From an uncultured Dehalococcoidales bacterium (lineage in GTDB: Bacteria > Chloroflexota > Dehalococcoidia > Dehalococcoidales > BS750m-G39), in NCBI GenBank assembly GCA_964408935.1, contig CAYPBF010000001.1:21703-85702 (forward strand): a stretch of 64,000 nucleotides of DNA, given 5' to 3'. Below are positions 37,184 to 45,896 of this stretch, one piece after another; positions within the stretch are counted from its first letter, which is position 1, and every line of letters begins with the position of its first letter. Under the pieces are notes generated by a model. That model made no database searches and was not told the origin of the DNA. It was given only the letters and a program-made list of their open reading frames with translations. The translations under genes were made by a program, and so were the position numbers.

Positions 37184-38062
37184 ATGGTAACCTTCTACCG
37201 AAGATTACCCGAATTCGACTATTTGAAGCCGAAGACAATCGCTGAAGCTCTCTCCTTCCTTGCCCAGTACCAGGGAAAAGCCAGGCTAATCGCGGGCGGC
37301 ACCGACCTTATCCCCCAGCTAAAGGGGCGCTTGGTTAAGTTACCGCAATACATCATCGACCTGAAAGAAATCCCTAATCTGGACCATATCAGCTACGACG
37401 AGACCAAGGGGTTGACCATCGGCGCCCTGGCTACCATCAAGGCGGTTATCGACTCCACCGTCATACGTGATAAATTCAGCGTGCTCTCTCAGGCCGCCGA
37501 GAATATGGCTTCACCACAGGTAAGGAACCGCGGCACTATCGCCGGTAATATCTGTAACGCCGTGCCCTCCGCCGATTCCGCCCCCGCCCTGCTCGTCCTT
37601 GAGGCCAGACTAAAGCTGGTCGGCCCCAAGGGCGAGAGAATGGTCGATATCGGAGGCTTTTTCACCGGCCCTAACCAGACGGTACTCGACGGCGAGATTT
37701 TAGTCGAGATTCAGATACCCACCCCACCCCCCAATAGTAAAGGCGTATACCTCAAGCTGGGGCCGCGAAAGGCTATGGATTTAGCTGTTGTCGGGGTGGC
37801 GATATTAGTCGTGCCCGACAACGGTAAGTTCCAGGACGTACGCATCGCCCTGGAATCGGTAGCCCCCACCCCAATTCGAGCTAAAAAGGCCGAGGCCGTT
37901 CTTGAAGGACAAGCCTTTGACGATAAACTCATCGGAAAGGCGGCGCAGACCGCCGCCAGCGAAGCTAAACCCATAGATGACCATCGCGCCTCGGCGGAAT
38001 ACCGCCGTGACATGGTCGAGATACTAGTGAAACGAGCCCTTAAGCAAGCCATCGGGAGCTAG
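37184..38062 (+). CDS. molybdenum hydroxylase FAD-binding (medium, CoxM/XdhB-like) subunit
   Basis: 292 aa. AGGTDLIPQLK, RNRGTIAGNICNAVPSADSAP, DDHRASAEYRRDM. No Cys-rich insertion. Confidence 0.9.
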   Translation: MVTFYRRLPEFDYLKPKTIAEALSFLAQYQGKARLIAGGTDLIPQLKGRLVKLPQYIIDLKEIPNLDHISYDETKGLTIGALATIKAVIDSTVIRDKFSVLSQAAENMASPQVRNRGTIAGNICNAVPSADSAPALLVLEARLKLVGPKGERMVDIGGFFTGPNQTVLDGEILVEIQIPTPPPNSKGVYLKLGPRKAMDLAVVGVAILVVPDNGKFQDVRIALESVAPTPIRAKKAEAVLEGQAFDDKLIGKAAQTAASEAKPIDDHRASAEYRRDMVEILVKRALKQAIGS

Positions 38063-38066
38063 TTGG

Positions 38067-38537
38067 ATGAAATCGATAAAGCTCAACGTAAACGGCCAGG
38101 ACTACGAGCTTTCCGTACCGCCCCACCGTACCCTGCTTGAGGTTATCCGGGAGGAGCTGGGGCTTACCGGTACCAAAGAGGGTTGCAGTCTGGGCGAGTG
38201 CGGCGCCTGCACCGTTATCATGGACGGTCAGACGGTTAACTCCTGCCTGGTGCTGGCCGCCGAGGCCGACGGCAAGAGTATCATCACTATCGAGGGGCTG
38301 GCTGAGGGAGACAAGCTGCACCCTATTCAGCAGGCCTTCATCGACCACGGCGGCTTTCAGTGCGGCTTCTGCACGCCGGGGATGATAATGTCGGCCAAGG
38401 CGTTGCTCGACGCCAACCCCCACCCCACCGAGGCCGAGATAAGACAGGGTATAAGCGGCAACTTCTGCCGATGCACTGGTTACACCAAGATTATCGAATC
38501 CATCAAGGCGGCGGCCAAAGAAATGGAGGGGAAGTAG
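38067..38537 (+). CDS. molybdenum hydroxylase 2x[2Fe-2S] (small, CoxS-like) subunit
   Basis: 156 aa. CSLGECGACTV, CGFCTPG, CRCTGY. Confidence 0.9.
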   Translation: MKSIKLNVNGQDYELSVPPHRTLLEVIREELGLTGTKEGCSLGECGACTVIMDGQTVNSCLVLAAEADGKSIITIEGLAEGDKLHPIQQAFIDHGGFQCGFCTPGMIMSAKALLDANPHPTEAEIRQGISGNFCRCTGYTKIIESIKAAAKEMEGK

Positions 38538-38539
38538 CC

Positions 38540-40846
38540 ATGGCCGATTTTGCTGTTATTGGCGAGCGGGTGCCCCGCGTCGACGCCAGGGAAAAGGTCA
38601 CCGGTGAGGCCAAATACGCCGCCGACTACTCCCTACCCGGCATGCTCTGGTGCAAGCTGCTCAGAAGCCCCTACCCTCACGCCAAGATACTCAATATCGA
38701 CGCTAGCAAAGCGCTAAAGCTACCCGGAGTGAAGGCTGTCGTTACCGGCAAGGACTTCGGCGGCTGGAGCTGGGGGTGGATGCGCGCTACCCGGGACGAA
38801 GTCCCCGTGGCCGTGGACAAGGTACGCTACCTGGCCGAGGCGGTGGCCGGCGTGGCCGCCGTTGACGAGGATACCGCCGAGGCGGCCACCCAACTCATTA
38901 AAGTTGATTACGAGGAGTTGCCCGGTGTCTTCGACCCCGAGGAGGCCATGAAGGACGGCGCCCCCAAAGTGCATGATTATGTCAAGAATAATATCAGCGT
39001 GGAGTACCACTGGGACTTCGGTGATGTGGAAAAGGCCTTCGCCAACTCCTATATCGTCCGCGAGGGCAAATTCCGCACGTCCCGGGCCACCCACGGCTAC
39101 CTAGAACCGCCAGCCATACTGGCCTACTACGACCCCACGGGTGCCATAACCGTCTGGGCATCAAAACAAAGCCCCTACTTTCACTACCGCCACCTGGCTG
39201 CCTGCTTTAAGCTACCTTTGAGCAAGATCAGGGTCGTCCAGCCCTTCATCGGCGGCGGCTTCGGCGGCACCAAGAACGATTCGCTGGCCGGAGACTTCTG
39301 CGCCGTTTTGCTCTCCAAAATGACGGGCAAACCGGTTAAATATCTAGAGAGCATGGAAGAGGAATTAGCCACCAGTCGCCGTCGCCACAGCATGATTGTC
39401 TACAGCAAGACAGGCGTTGATAAGGAAAGCAAGCTGACGGCCATCGCCCAGCGGGTCATTGCTGACGGCGGCGGCTACACCGCCATCGGGCCGCTTTCCA
39501 TGTACCTGGTCGGCTTCATGACCACCCTGCCCTATCACCTGCCCAACTTTAAGTACGATGGCTACCGCGTCTTCACTAACAACCCCATCGGGGCGGCAAT
39601 GAGGGGCCACGGTGTCACCCACTCCCGCTTTGCTGCCGAGATACAGATGGAGATGATTGCTGAGGAGATGGGCCTAGACCCGATAGAGATTCGATTGCGC
39701 AACGCTATCGACAACCCGAAGAAGGGCGAAGTCTACGAGACGATTAACAAGGTATCACTCATGACCTGCGGCCTCAAAGAAGCCATACAGGAGGCGGCCA
39801 AAGACCCCCTCTGGCGGGACCAGGACAAGATGCCCAAGAAGGAAGGCAATATCTCTTGGGGCACAGGCATCTCGGGGACATCGTATTCTGGTGGCGCTCG
39901 TCAGATGGGCCACCAGGCCTGCGCCGCTATCATACGAGTCTGTGAGGACGGCACGGTCAACCTCATCACCGGGGCCACCGACTGCGGGCAAGGCTCGGAT
40001 ACCGTGCTCTGCATGATTGCCGCCGAGGAGTTGGGCGTCAGACTGGAGGATATCGATATCAAGCGGGTGGATACCGCCTACACCCCCGTAGACCCCGGCA
40101 GCTACGGCAGCCGCGTCACCATACTAGCCGGGCAGGCCACCCAGAAGGCCGCCCGTCAGGTCAGGAAACAGCTCCTGGAGGCTGCCGCCGCCAACTGGCA
40201 GGTAAAGCCGGAGGACGTTGAGATCAAGCTGAGCGAGGTCTTCCTCAAATCAGACCCAACCAAGAAGATGCCCTTCATCCAGCTGGCCCGCATCGCCTGT
40301 TATTCGGGGACGGGGGCGGTTATCATAGGCACGGGCTATTCCAGCTACGGCATCGAGCACCTGGACCTGGTCAACGGCATCGGCAACGGTGCGGTCTCAT
40401 ATAGCTTTACCGCCCACACGGCGCGCGTCGGCGTGGACACTGAGACGGGCAAGATAACGGTCAGCGATTTCACCATAGCCTCCGACTGCGGCCGTCTGCT
40501 CAGCCCGATACTGGCCGAGGGGCAAATTGAGGGTGGGGCCATTCAAGGGCTGGGGCAGACCATCTACGAGGACTTCATTATGGATAAAGGCAAGACGCTC
40601 AACCCTACATTCTTGGACTACAAGATGCCCCTGGCCAGGGACGTGCCCAATATCAAGCTCATTGACGTCGTCACCGACGACCCCGAGGGCCCCTTCGGCG
40701 CCAAAGAGGCCAGTGAGGGCAGCATCGTCAGCGCTCCCCCCGCCGTGGTCAGCGCCATCCACGACGCCACCGGTATCTGGTTCACCGAGCTGCCCGTAAC
40801 GCCGGAAAAGATAGCCAGGGCGCTTAAAGAAAACCAACAGCGGTAG
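38540..40846 (+). CDS. molybdopterin-binding (large) subunit of a xanthine-dehydrogenase-family hydroxylase
   Basis: The track ORF starts at 38360 inside the small-subunit gene. ATG 38540 (GGAGGGG SD, 2 nt after the upstream stop) gives MADFAVIGERVPRVDAREKVTGEAKYAADY. Also GGGFGG and GPFGAKEASEG. Confidence 0.9.
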   Translation: MADFAVIGERVPRVDAREKVTGEAKYAADYSLPGMLWCKLLRSPYPHAKILNIDASKALKLPGVKAVVTGKDFGGWSWGWMRATRDEVPVAVDKVRYLAEAVAGVAAVDEDTAEAATQLIKVDYEELPGVFDPEEAMKDGAPKVHDYVKNNISVEYHWDFGDVEKAFANSYIVREGKFRTSRATHGYLEPPAILAYYDPTGAITVWASKQSPYFHYRHLAACFKLPLSKIRVVQPFIGGGFGGTKNDSLAGDFCAVLLSKMTGKPVKYLESMEEELATSRRRHSMIVYSKTGVDKESKLTAIAQRVIADGGGYTAIGPLSMYLVGFMTTLPYHLPNFKYDGYRVFTNNPIGAAMRGHGVTHSRFAAEIQMEMIAEEMGLDPIEIRLRNAIDNPKKGEVYETINKVSLMTCGLKEAIQEAAKDPLWRDQDKMPKKEGNISWGTGISGTSYSGGARQMGHQACAAIIRVCEDGTVNLITGATDCGQGSDTVLCMIAAEELGVRLEDIDIKRVDTAYTPVDPGSYGSRVTILAGQATQKAARQVRKQLLEAAAANWQVKPEDVEIKLSEVFLKSDPTKKMPFIQLARIACYSGTGAVIIGTGYSSYGIEHLDLVNGIGNGAVSYSFTAHTARVGVDTETGKITVSDFTIASDCGRLLSPILAEGQIEGGAIQGLGQTIYEDFIMDKGKTLNPTFLDYKMPLARDVPNIKLIDVVTDDPEGPFGAKEASEGSIVSAPPAVVSAIHDATGIWFTELPVTPEKIARALKENQQR

Positions 40847-40915
40847 CTTTTCGGACTTATTTTGGCTATACTAGAGCTAGACGACTGACTCCAAGAAGGC
40901 CGTGGAGGTGAGTCG

Positions 40916-41263
40916 ATGAGCAGTCTCAAAGCGGGCAAGGTTGGCGAGTTAGCCGATGGAGCCATGAAATCCATCTCAACCAAGCAGGGTGAGTTTCTTC
41001 TAGCCAGGGTGGGAGACAAATACTATGCCGCGTCTAACCGCTGCCCCCACATGAAAGGAAAACTAGACCGAGGCACGTTGGAGGGAACCGTGGTTACCTG
41101 CCCGCTGCATGGCTCCAAGTTCGACCTCAAGAACGGCAAGGTGGTGCGCTGGCTGGGAGGCACCGGAGTTCTAGCCAGGGTGGGCAGAGTCTTCAAGTCA
41201 GCCCAAAACCTCAAAACCTATCGGGTAGAGGTCAAAGACAACCAAATCCTGATAGAACTCTAG
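40916..41263 (+). CDS. Rieske [2Fe-2S] ferredoxin-type protein
   Basis: 115 aa. CPHMKGKL ... CPLHGSKF. GGAGGTGAG SD. Confidence 0.85.
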   Translation: MSSLKAGKVGELADGAMKSISTKQGEFLLARVGDKYYAASNRCPHMKGKLDRGTLEGTVVTCPLHGSKFDLKNGKVVRWLGGTGVLARVGRVFKSAQNLKTYRVEVKDNQILIEL

Positions 41264-41319
41264 TCCCTATAGCCAAATTGTGATAACTTTGTAAGTTTTA
41301 TATCCACGATTTTATACTT

Positions 41320-41348
41320 TTGTCACCTTCCAGCGTTTATCATATTAT
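41320..41348 (+). promoter_or_regulatory. candidate promoter (TTGTCA-17 nt-TATTAT) of the 14-gene operon
   Basis: ttgtca 41320-41325, tattat 41343-41348. GAGGAG SD before ATG 41371. Confidence 0.45.
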
Positions 41349-41370
41349 CAATGAAGGTTGAGGAGTAAAA

Positions 41371-41850
41371 ATGTCCATTATTTTCTCCGGCAGCGAGCTG
41401 TTGGAAGCGGCGGTGGGCATAGAAAAGAACGGGGCTGCCTTTTACCAGGCGCTGGCCGAAAAAAGCTGGGAAGATAGTGTCCGGGCCATCTACGAGCACC
41501 TGGCCGACGAGGAAATAAAGCACCAGGAAACCTTCCAGGCCATGCTGGATAAGGTGGGCGGCTACCAGCCGCCTGAAGATTATGCCCAAGACTACCCTCT
41601 CTACCTGAAGTCGCTGGTCGATAGCGCGGTCTTCACTAATGTCGCCCAGGCGCGGCAGAGAGCTGCCGAGGCAGCCTCTGACAGCCAAGCCCTCGACATC
41701 GGCATACAGGCAGAGAAGGATTCCATACTCTTTTACACCGAGATGCAGAACCTGGTGAAGCCCGCTGACCGCCAGGTCGTTATGAAGATAATAGACGAAG
41801 AACGGGGCCACTTGAGTCAGCTTACTCAACTTAAGAAGAAAATGAGTTAG
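41371..41850 (+). CDS. rubrerythrin-family diiron four-helix protein without rubredoxin domain (erythrin-like)
   Basis: 159 aa. GIEKNGAAFY, ADEEIKHQ, GIQAEKDSILFY, IDEERGHL (E ... ExxH twice). Confidence 0.7.
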   Translation: MSIIFSGSELLEAAVGIEKNGAAFYQALAEKSWEDSVRAIYEHLADEEIKHQETFQAMLDKVGGYQPPEDYAQDYPLYLKSLVDSAVFTNVAQARQRAAEAASDSQALDIGIQAEKDSILFYTEMQNLVKPADRQVVMKIIDEERGHLSQLTQLKKKMS

Positions 41851-41863
41851 AGGAGGGTGAGAG

Positions 41864-42394
41864 ATGACCTCGGAACAGGATAAGACGCTACAAGGACTTC
41901 AGGTCGCCATACAGATGGAAATTGACGGCAAGGATTATTACCTGAAAGCCAGCCAGGAGAGCACTAACGAGCTGGGCAAAAAGCTGTTGGAGAAGCTGGC
42001 TTCGGAGGAAGACAACCACCGACAGCGCTTTGAGCAGATATACAATTCAATAAAGGATAAAAAGGGCTGGCCAACGACCGACTTCGAGCCCGACGGCGGC
42101 AGGACGCTGCGAACCATCTTTGCACGTGCCACCGAGGCGATGGGTGCTGGGGCCAAGGCAGGCGATACCGAGCTCGACGCCATAGAGACGGCGATGGGCA
42201 TGGAAAACAAGACCTTCGACTATTACACGCGCCAGGGTTCGAGCGCCACCAAGGATGCCGAGCGCGAGTTTTATTTTGCCGTGGCTGGGGAGGAGAAAGA
42301 ACACTACCTGATTCTGCTCGACTACTACGAATACCTAAAAGACCCCGCCGCCTGGTTCGTCCAGAAGGAACACCCCTCCCTGGATGGGGGCTGA
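41864..42394 (+). CDS. rubrerythrin-family diiron four-helix protein (erythrin-like), paralogous type
   Basis: 176 aa. IQMEIDGKDYY, ASEEDNHR, GMENKTFDYY, GEEKEHY. Confidence 0.7.
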   Translation: MTSEQDKTLQGLQVAIQMEIDGKDYYLKASQESTNELGKKLLEKLASEEDNHRQRFEQIYNSIKDKKGWPTTDFEPDGGRTLRTIFARATEAMGAGAKAGDTELDAIETAMGMENKTFDYYTRQGSSATKDAEREFYFAVAGEEKEHYLILLDYYEYLKDPAAWFVQKEHPSLDGG

Positions 42395-42399
42395 ATAAA

Positions 42400-43593
42400 A
42401 TGAGAAAGGTTTACCTGGACAACGTAGCCACCACGCCGGTATTACCCGAGGTGCTGGAGGCGATGCTGCCCTATTTCAAGGATGCCTACGGCAATGCCCA
42501 GTCCCTGCATGACTGGGGCGACAGCGCCCGGGAAGCGTTAGCCAATGCCCGCATTAAGGTTGCCGAGCTCATCGGTGGCGGGGCGGAGGAGGTTATCTTC
42601 ACCGCTAGCGGCACCGAGTCGAATAACTTCGCTATAAAGGGACTGGCTATGGCCCAGCAGGCTAAGGGCAAGCATATAGTCGTTTCCGCTATTGAACACT
42701 TCTCAGCGCTACACTCAGCCAGAACGCTGGAGAAGTGGGGGTTCGAGCTCACTGAGGTGCCAGTAGATAAATACGGAATGGTCGACCCCGACGACGTCGC
42801 CAAAAAGATGAGGAAGGACACCGTACTTGTCTCTATCATGCACGCCAACAACGAGGTGGGTACCATACAGCCCATCAAGGAGATAGCTGAGGTGGTAAAG
42901 AGGACAGAGGCTATCTTCCATACCGACGCCGTGGCTACGGCCGGCACAATACCGATTAACGTCAAGGAGTTGGGCGTGGATGCTCTTAGCTTGGCCGCCA
43001 ACCAGTTCTACGGGCCTAAAGGCGTCGGTGCCCTCTGGCTTAAGAAGGGGGTGCGCATTATCCCCTTCCTCGATGGCGGTGTTCAGGAGGAGGGGCGCAG
43101 GGCCGGAACCGAGAATGTGCCCGCTATAGCTGGGCTGGGTAAGGCGGCGGAGTTAGCCAAAGCCGATATGGCCGTCAGAGCCAAGCACTTCACCACACTG
43201 CGCGATAAGCTCATCACCGAACTGCCCAAGCGCGTCGAGCACGTCACCGTTACCGGACACCCCACCAAGCGCCTACCCAACAATGCCAGCTTCTGCGTTG
43301 AGTTCATTGAGGGGGAGGCCATGCTCATGCTCCTAAACAGCCAGGGGATAGCCGTCTCCAGCGGTTCAGCCTGCACCTCAAGAGCGCTCAAGGCCTCTCA
43401 CGTCCTCATCGCCATGGGGATTCCCCATGAGATAGCTCAGGGGTCACTCCTCTTCAGCTTTGGGCTGGATAACACCGAGGTGGATGTCGACTACGTATTG
43501 GAGACGATGCCGCCCATCGTGGAACGGCTGCGGCAGATGTCACCGCTATACGCCAAATTCATGAAGCACAAGACGAAAGGAGGCAAAAAATAA
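42400..43593 (+). CDS. NifS/IscS-family (class V aminotransferase fold) protein; the PLP-lysine position is Gln
   Basis: 397 aa, collinear with IscS/NifS. Catalytic-loop SSGSACTS is present. Where IscS has SGHK-IYGPKG, this ORF reads AANQ-FYGPKG. Confidence 0.85.
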   Translation: MRKVYLDNVATTPVLPEVLEAMLPYFKDAYGNAQSLHDWGDSAREALANARIKVAELIGGGAEEVIFTASGTESNNFAIKGLAMAQQAKGKHIVVSAIEHFSALHSARTLEKWGFELTEVPVDKYGMVDPDDVAKKMRKDTVLVSIMHANNEVGTIQPIKEIAEVVKRTEAIFHTDAVATAGTIPINVKELGVDALSLAANQFYGPKGVGALWLKKGVRIIPFLDGGVQEEGRRAGTENVPAIAGLGKAAELAKADMAVRAKHFTTLRDKLITELPKRVEHVTVTGHPTKRLPNNASFCVEFIEGEAMLMLLNSQGIAVSSGSACTSRALKASHVLIAMGIPHEIAQGSLLFSFGLDNTEVDVDYVLETMPPIVERLRQMSPLYAKFMKHKTKGGKK

Positions 43594-43594
43594 A

Positions 43595-44002
43595 ATGCCT
43601 GTTTACAGCGATACAGTGATGGACCATTTTATGAATCCTCGTAATGTTGGTGAGATAGATAATGCCGACGGCGTCGGCGAGGTAGGCAATCCCGTCTGCG
43701 GGGATATGATGACCTTCTACATCAAGGTCAAAGACAACCACATCAGCGATGTCAAGTACAAGACCTTCGGCTGCGGCGCCGCCATCGCCGTATCCAGCAT
43801 GGTCAGCGAGATGGCCAAGGGCAAAACGCTGGAAGAGGCCAAGAAGCTGACCCCGGCGCTGGTGGCTAAAGAGCTGGAGGGGCTGCCCAAAAATAAATAC
43901 CACTGCTCCAACCTGGGTGCTCAGGCCCTGAACAAGGCCATTGACGACTACCTGAAGAAACAAAGCAAAGGGGCCAAAGCCAAAAAGGGAGGCAAGAAAT
44001 GA
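43595..44002 (+). CDS. IscU/NifU N-terminal-type Fe-S scaffold protein
   Basis: 135 aa. NPVCGD, GCGAAIA, HCS. Lys-rich C-terminal tail. Starts 1 nt after the nifS-like stop. Confidence 0.9.
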   Translation: MPVYSDTVMDHFMNPRNVGEIDNADGVGEVGNPVCGDMMTFYIKVKDNHISDVKYKTFGCGAAIAVSSMVSEMAKGKTLEEAKKLTPALVAKELEGLPKNKYHCSNLGAQALNKAIDDYLKKQSKGAKAKKGGKK

Positions 44003-44193
44003 CAAACAACGAACCGAAAGCAATAGTCAAGAAGTGCACCTGTCCCTACTGCGATGAAGAGATAATCATGGCGGAGTTCCCCTATTGCCAGCCCTGTGGT
44101 GTAACCCTGCGCTACTGTAGCCACTGCCATATAGCCGTGCCCAGGGAGGCCGAGGTCTGCCCCGAGTGCGGAGCTAAGCTGGAGGGGAAATAA
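43999..44193 (+). CDS. small double zinc-ribbon protein (four CxxC-type pairs)
   Basis: 64 aa. CTCPYC, CQPCG, CSHCH, CPECG. ATGA overlap with the iscU-like gene. Confidence 0.55.
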   Translation: MTNNEPKAIVKKCTCPYCDEEIIMAEFPYCQPCGVTLRYCSHCHIAVPREAEVCPECGAKLEGK

Positions 44194-44203
44194 AGAGGGT
44201 AAA

Positions 44204-44680
44204 ATGGCGGAAAAGGTTACCCTGGTAGTATTCAGCGGGGAGATGGACAGAGCTATGGCCGCTTTTAACATTGCTATCGGCGCCGCCGCTATGGGGATGG
44301 AGGTGAGCATGTTCTTCACCTTCTGGGGCCTTAATATCATCAAAAAGAATGAGGGCCCCATTAAAAGCCGGGGGATTATGAGGAAAATGCTCAACTTCAT
44401 GAACCGCGGCGGTTCCAAGAGGCTGCCCCTGTCCCGATTTCATATGTTCGGGCTGGGTAAGTGGATGATGAGCAAGCTAATGCGGGAGGCCAAGTTCCCC
44501 TCTGTTGCTGAGCTAATTGCTACCGCCAAGGAGGCGGGGGTCAAGTTTATCGCCTGCACCAATACCATGGGGGTTATGGGCATCTCTAAGGACGCCTTTA
44601 TCCCTGAGGTGGACAGCTTCGGCGGGGTGGCTGCCTATATGGCCGAGGCTAAAGAGAGCCAGGTTAATCTGTTTGTCTAA
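44204..44680 (+). CDS. DsrE/DsrF-like family protein
   Basis: 158 aa. KVTLVVFSGEMDRAMAAFNIAIGAAAMGMEVSMFFTFWGL, KFIACTNTMG (conserved Cys). Confidence 0.7.
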   Translation: MAEKVTLVVFSGEMDRAMAAFNIAIGAAAMGMEVSMFFTFWGLNIIKKNEGPIKSRGIMRKMLNFMNRGGSKRLPLSRFHMFGLGKWMMSKLMREAKFPSVAELIATAKEAGVKFIACTNTMGVMGISKDAFIPEVDSFGGVAAYMAEAKESQVNLFV

Positions 44681-44689
44681 GGAGGCACC

Positions 44690-44920
44690 ATGAAGGCAGA
44701 CGCCACTCTGGACTGCATCGGACTCTACTGCCCTATGCCTCTCCACCAGACCGCCAAAAAGATGAAGGAGTTAAAAGCGGGGCAGGTTCTAGAGATATTG
44801 GCCGATGATGAGGGGATAAAAGAGGACATGCCCGCCTGGTGCCGCACCACCGGCAACGAGCTCTTGGGCATCGAGAAAGGCACTGAGGGCTACAAGGCCT
44901 ATGTTAAGAAGTCTCAATAG
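44690..44920 (+). CDS. tusA: TusA/SirA-family sulfurtransferase
   Basis: 76 aa. LDCIGLYCPMPL (CPxP motif). Confidence 0.85.
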   Translation: MKADATLDCIGLYCPMPLHQTAKKMKELKAGQVLEILADDEGIKEDMPAWCRTTGNELLGIEKGTEGYKAYVKKSQ

Positions 44921-44933
44921 TCGGGGGTGAGAA

Positions 44934-45623
44934 ATGGACCTTAAGGCTTTATACAGGCTAGGCTACGGCCTCTATATTGTAAGCTCTATGAAAGGCAAAA
45001 AGCTTAACGGGCAGGTGGCCAACACCGTCTTCCAGATAACCTCCCAACCCCCCACCATCGCTGTCAGCATTAACAAGGAAAACCTGACCTACGAATACAT
45101 TAGGCAGAGTCAGGTCTTTACCGCCTCCATACTCGCCCAGGATACGCCGCTGGCCTTCATCGGCCACTTCGGCTTTAAGTCGGGGCGGGACATTGACAAG
45201 TTCAAGGGCATCAACTATAAGATAGGTGTAACCAAGGCACCTATCGTCACCGACCACACACTGGCCTACCTGGAGGCTAAGGTGCTTCAGGAGGTGTACG
45301 CAGGAACGCACAGCATCTTTATTGGGGAGTTGGTGGGGGCGGAGGTTATTGGGGAAGGCGAGCCGATGACCTACGCCTACTACCATCAGGTCAAGCGGGG
45401 TACCACCCCCAAGACTGCCCCCAGCTATATTGAGGAGAAAAAGGAGGCAGGCGTTAAAATGGATAAATATCAGTGCACGGTTTGTGAGTATATCTACGAC
45501 CCCGAACAGGGAGACCCCGACGGCGGCATTGCCCCGGGGACGCCCTTCGAAAAGCTACCCGACGACTGGGTCTGCCCCGTCTGCGGTGCCGCCAAGAGCG
45601 AGTTCGAGAAGCTAGAGGAATAG
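44934..45623 (+). CDS. flavin reductase-like domain fused to C-terminal rubredoxin (high-molecular-weight rubredoxin type)
   Basis: 229 aa. N-terminal flavin-reductase-like fold (YGLYIVSS...), C-terminal [40 protein letters not shown]. Confidence 0.85.
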   Translation: MDLKALYRLGYGLYIVSSMKGKKLNGQVANTVFQITSQPPTIAVSINKENLTYEYIRQSQVFTASILAQDTPLAFIGHFGFKSGRDIDKFKGINYKIGVTKAPIVTDHTLAYLEAKVLQEVYAGTHSIFIGELVGAEVIGEGEPMTYAYYHQVKRGTTPKTAPSYIEEKKEAGVKMDKYQCTVCEYIYDPEQGDPDGGIAPGTPFEKLPDDWVCPVCGAAKSEFEKLEE

Positions 45624-45628
45624 CTGTC

Positions 45629-45868
45629 ATGGAAAGCAAGTGTCCGGGACAGGATATGCGTAATCTTCGGGTATCGGTGCATAAATGCCCCAACTGCGGC
45701 GCTGAGGTCGAAATCTTCTCTGACGAGATGCGGATTAAGTGTCCCAAGTGCAAGCAATACGTCTACAAAGAAAAGGTGCCTTCCTGCATCGAGTGGTGCA
45801 CCGCGGCACCCGAATGCCTAGGCAAGGAAAAGTGGGCCGAGCTTATGGGTAATGATAAGAAAAGGTAA
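45629..45868 (+). CDS. Cys-rich small protein (zinc-ribbon-like), function unknown
   Basis: 79 aa. CPGQD, CPNCG, CPKCK, CIEWC...EC. Starts 5 nt after the upstream stop. Confidence 0.5.
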   Translation: MESKCPGQDMRNLRVSVHKCPNCGAEVEIFSDEMRIKCPKCKQYVYKEKVPSCIEWCTAAPECLGKEKWAELMGNDKKR

Positions 45869-45896
45869 TAATATAATTAATAATGAAGGAGGGCTA

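Noticed and set aside
38360-38539. N-terminal extensions of track ORFs (38360, 23612, 8667, 18069, 18033, 32576, 35910, 45852, 52333, 55844, 12337, 136)
   Set aside because: The extensions overlap upstream genes or promoters and lack homology-like sequence. Internal ATGs with SDs reproduce family-typical N-termini. Residual uncertainty is noted per feature.
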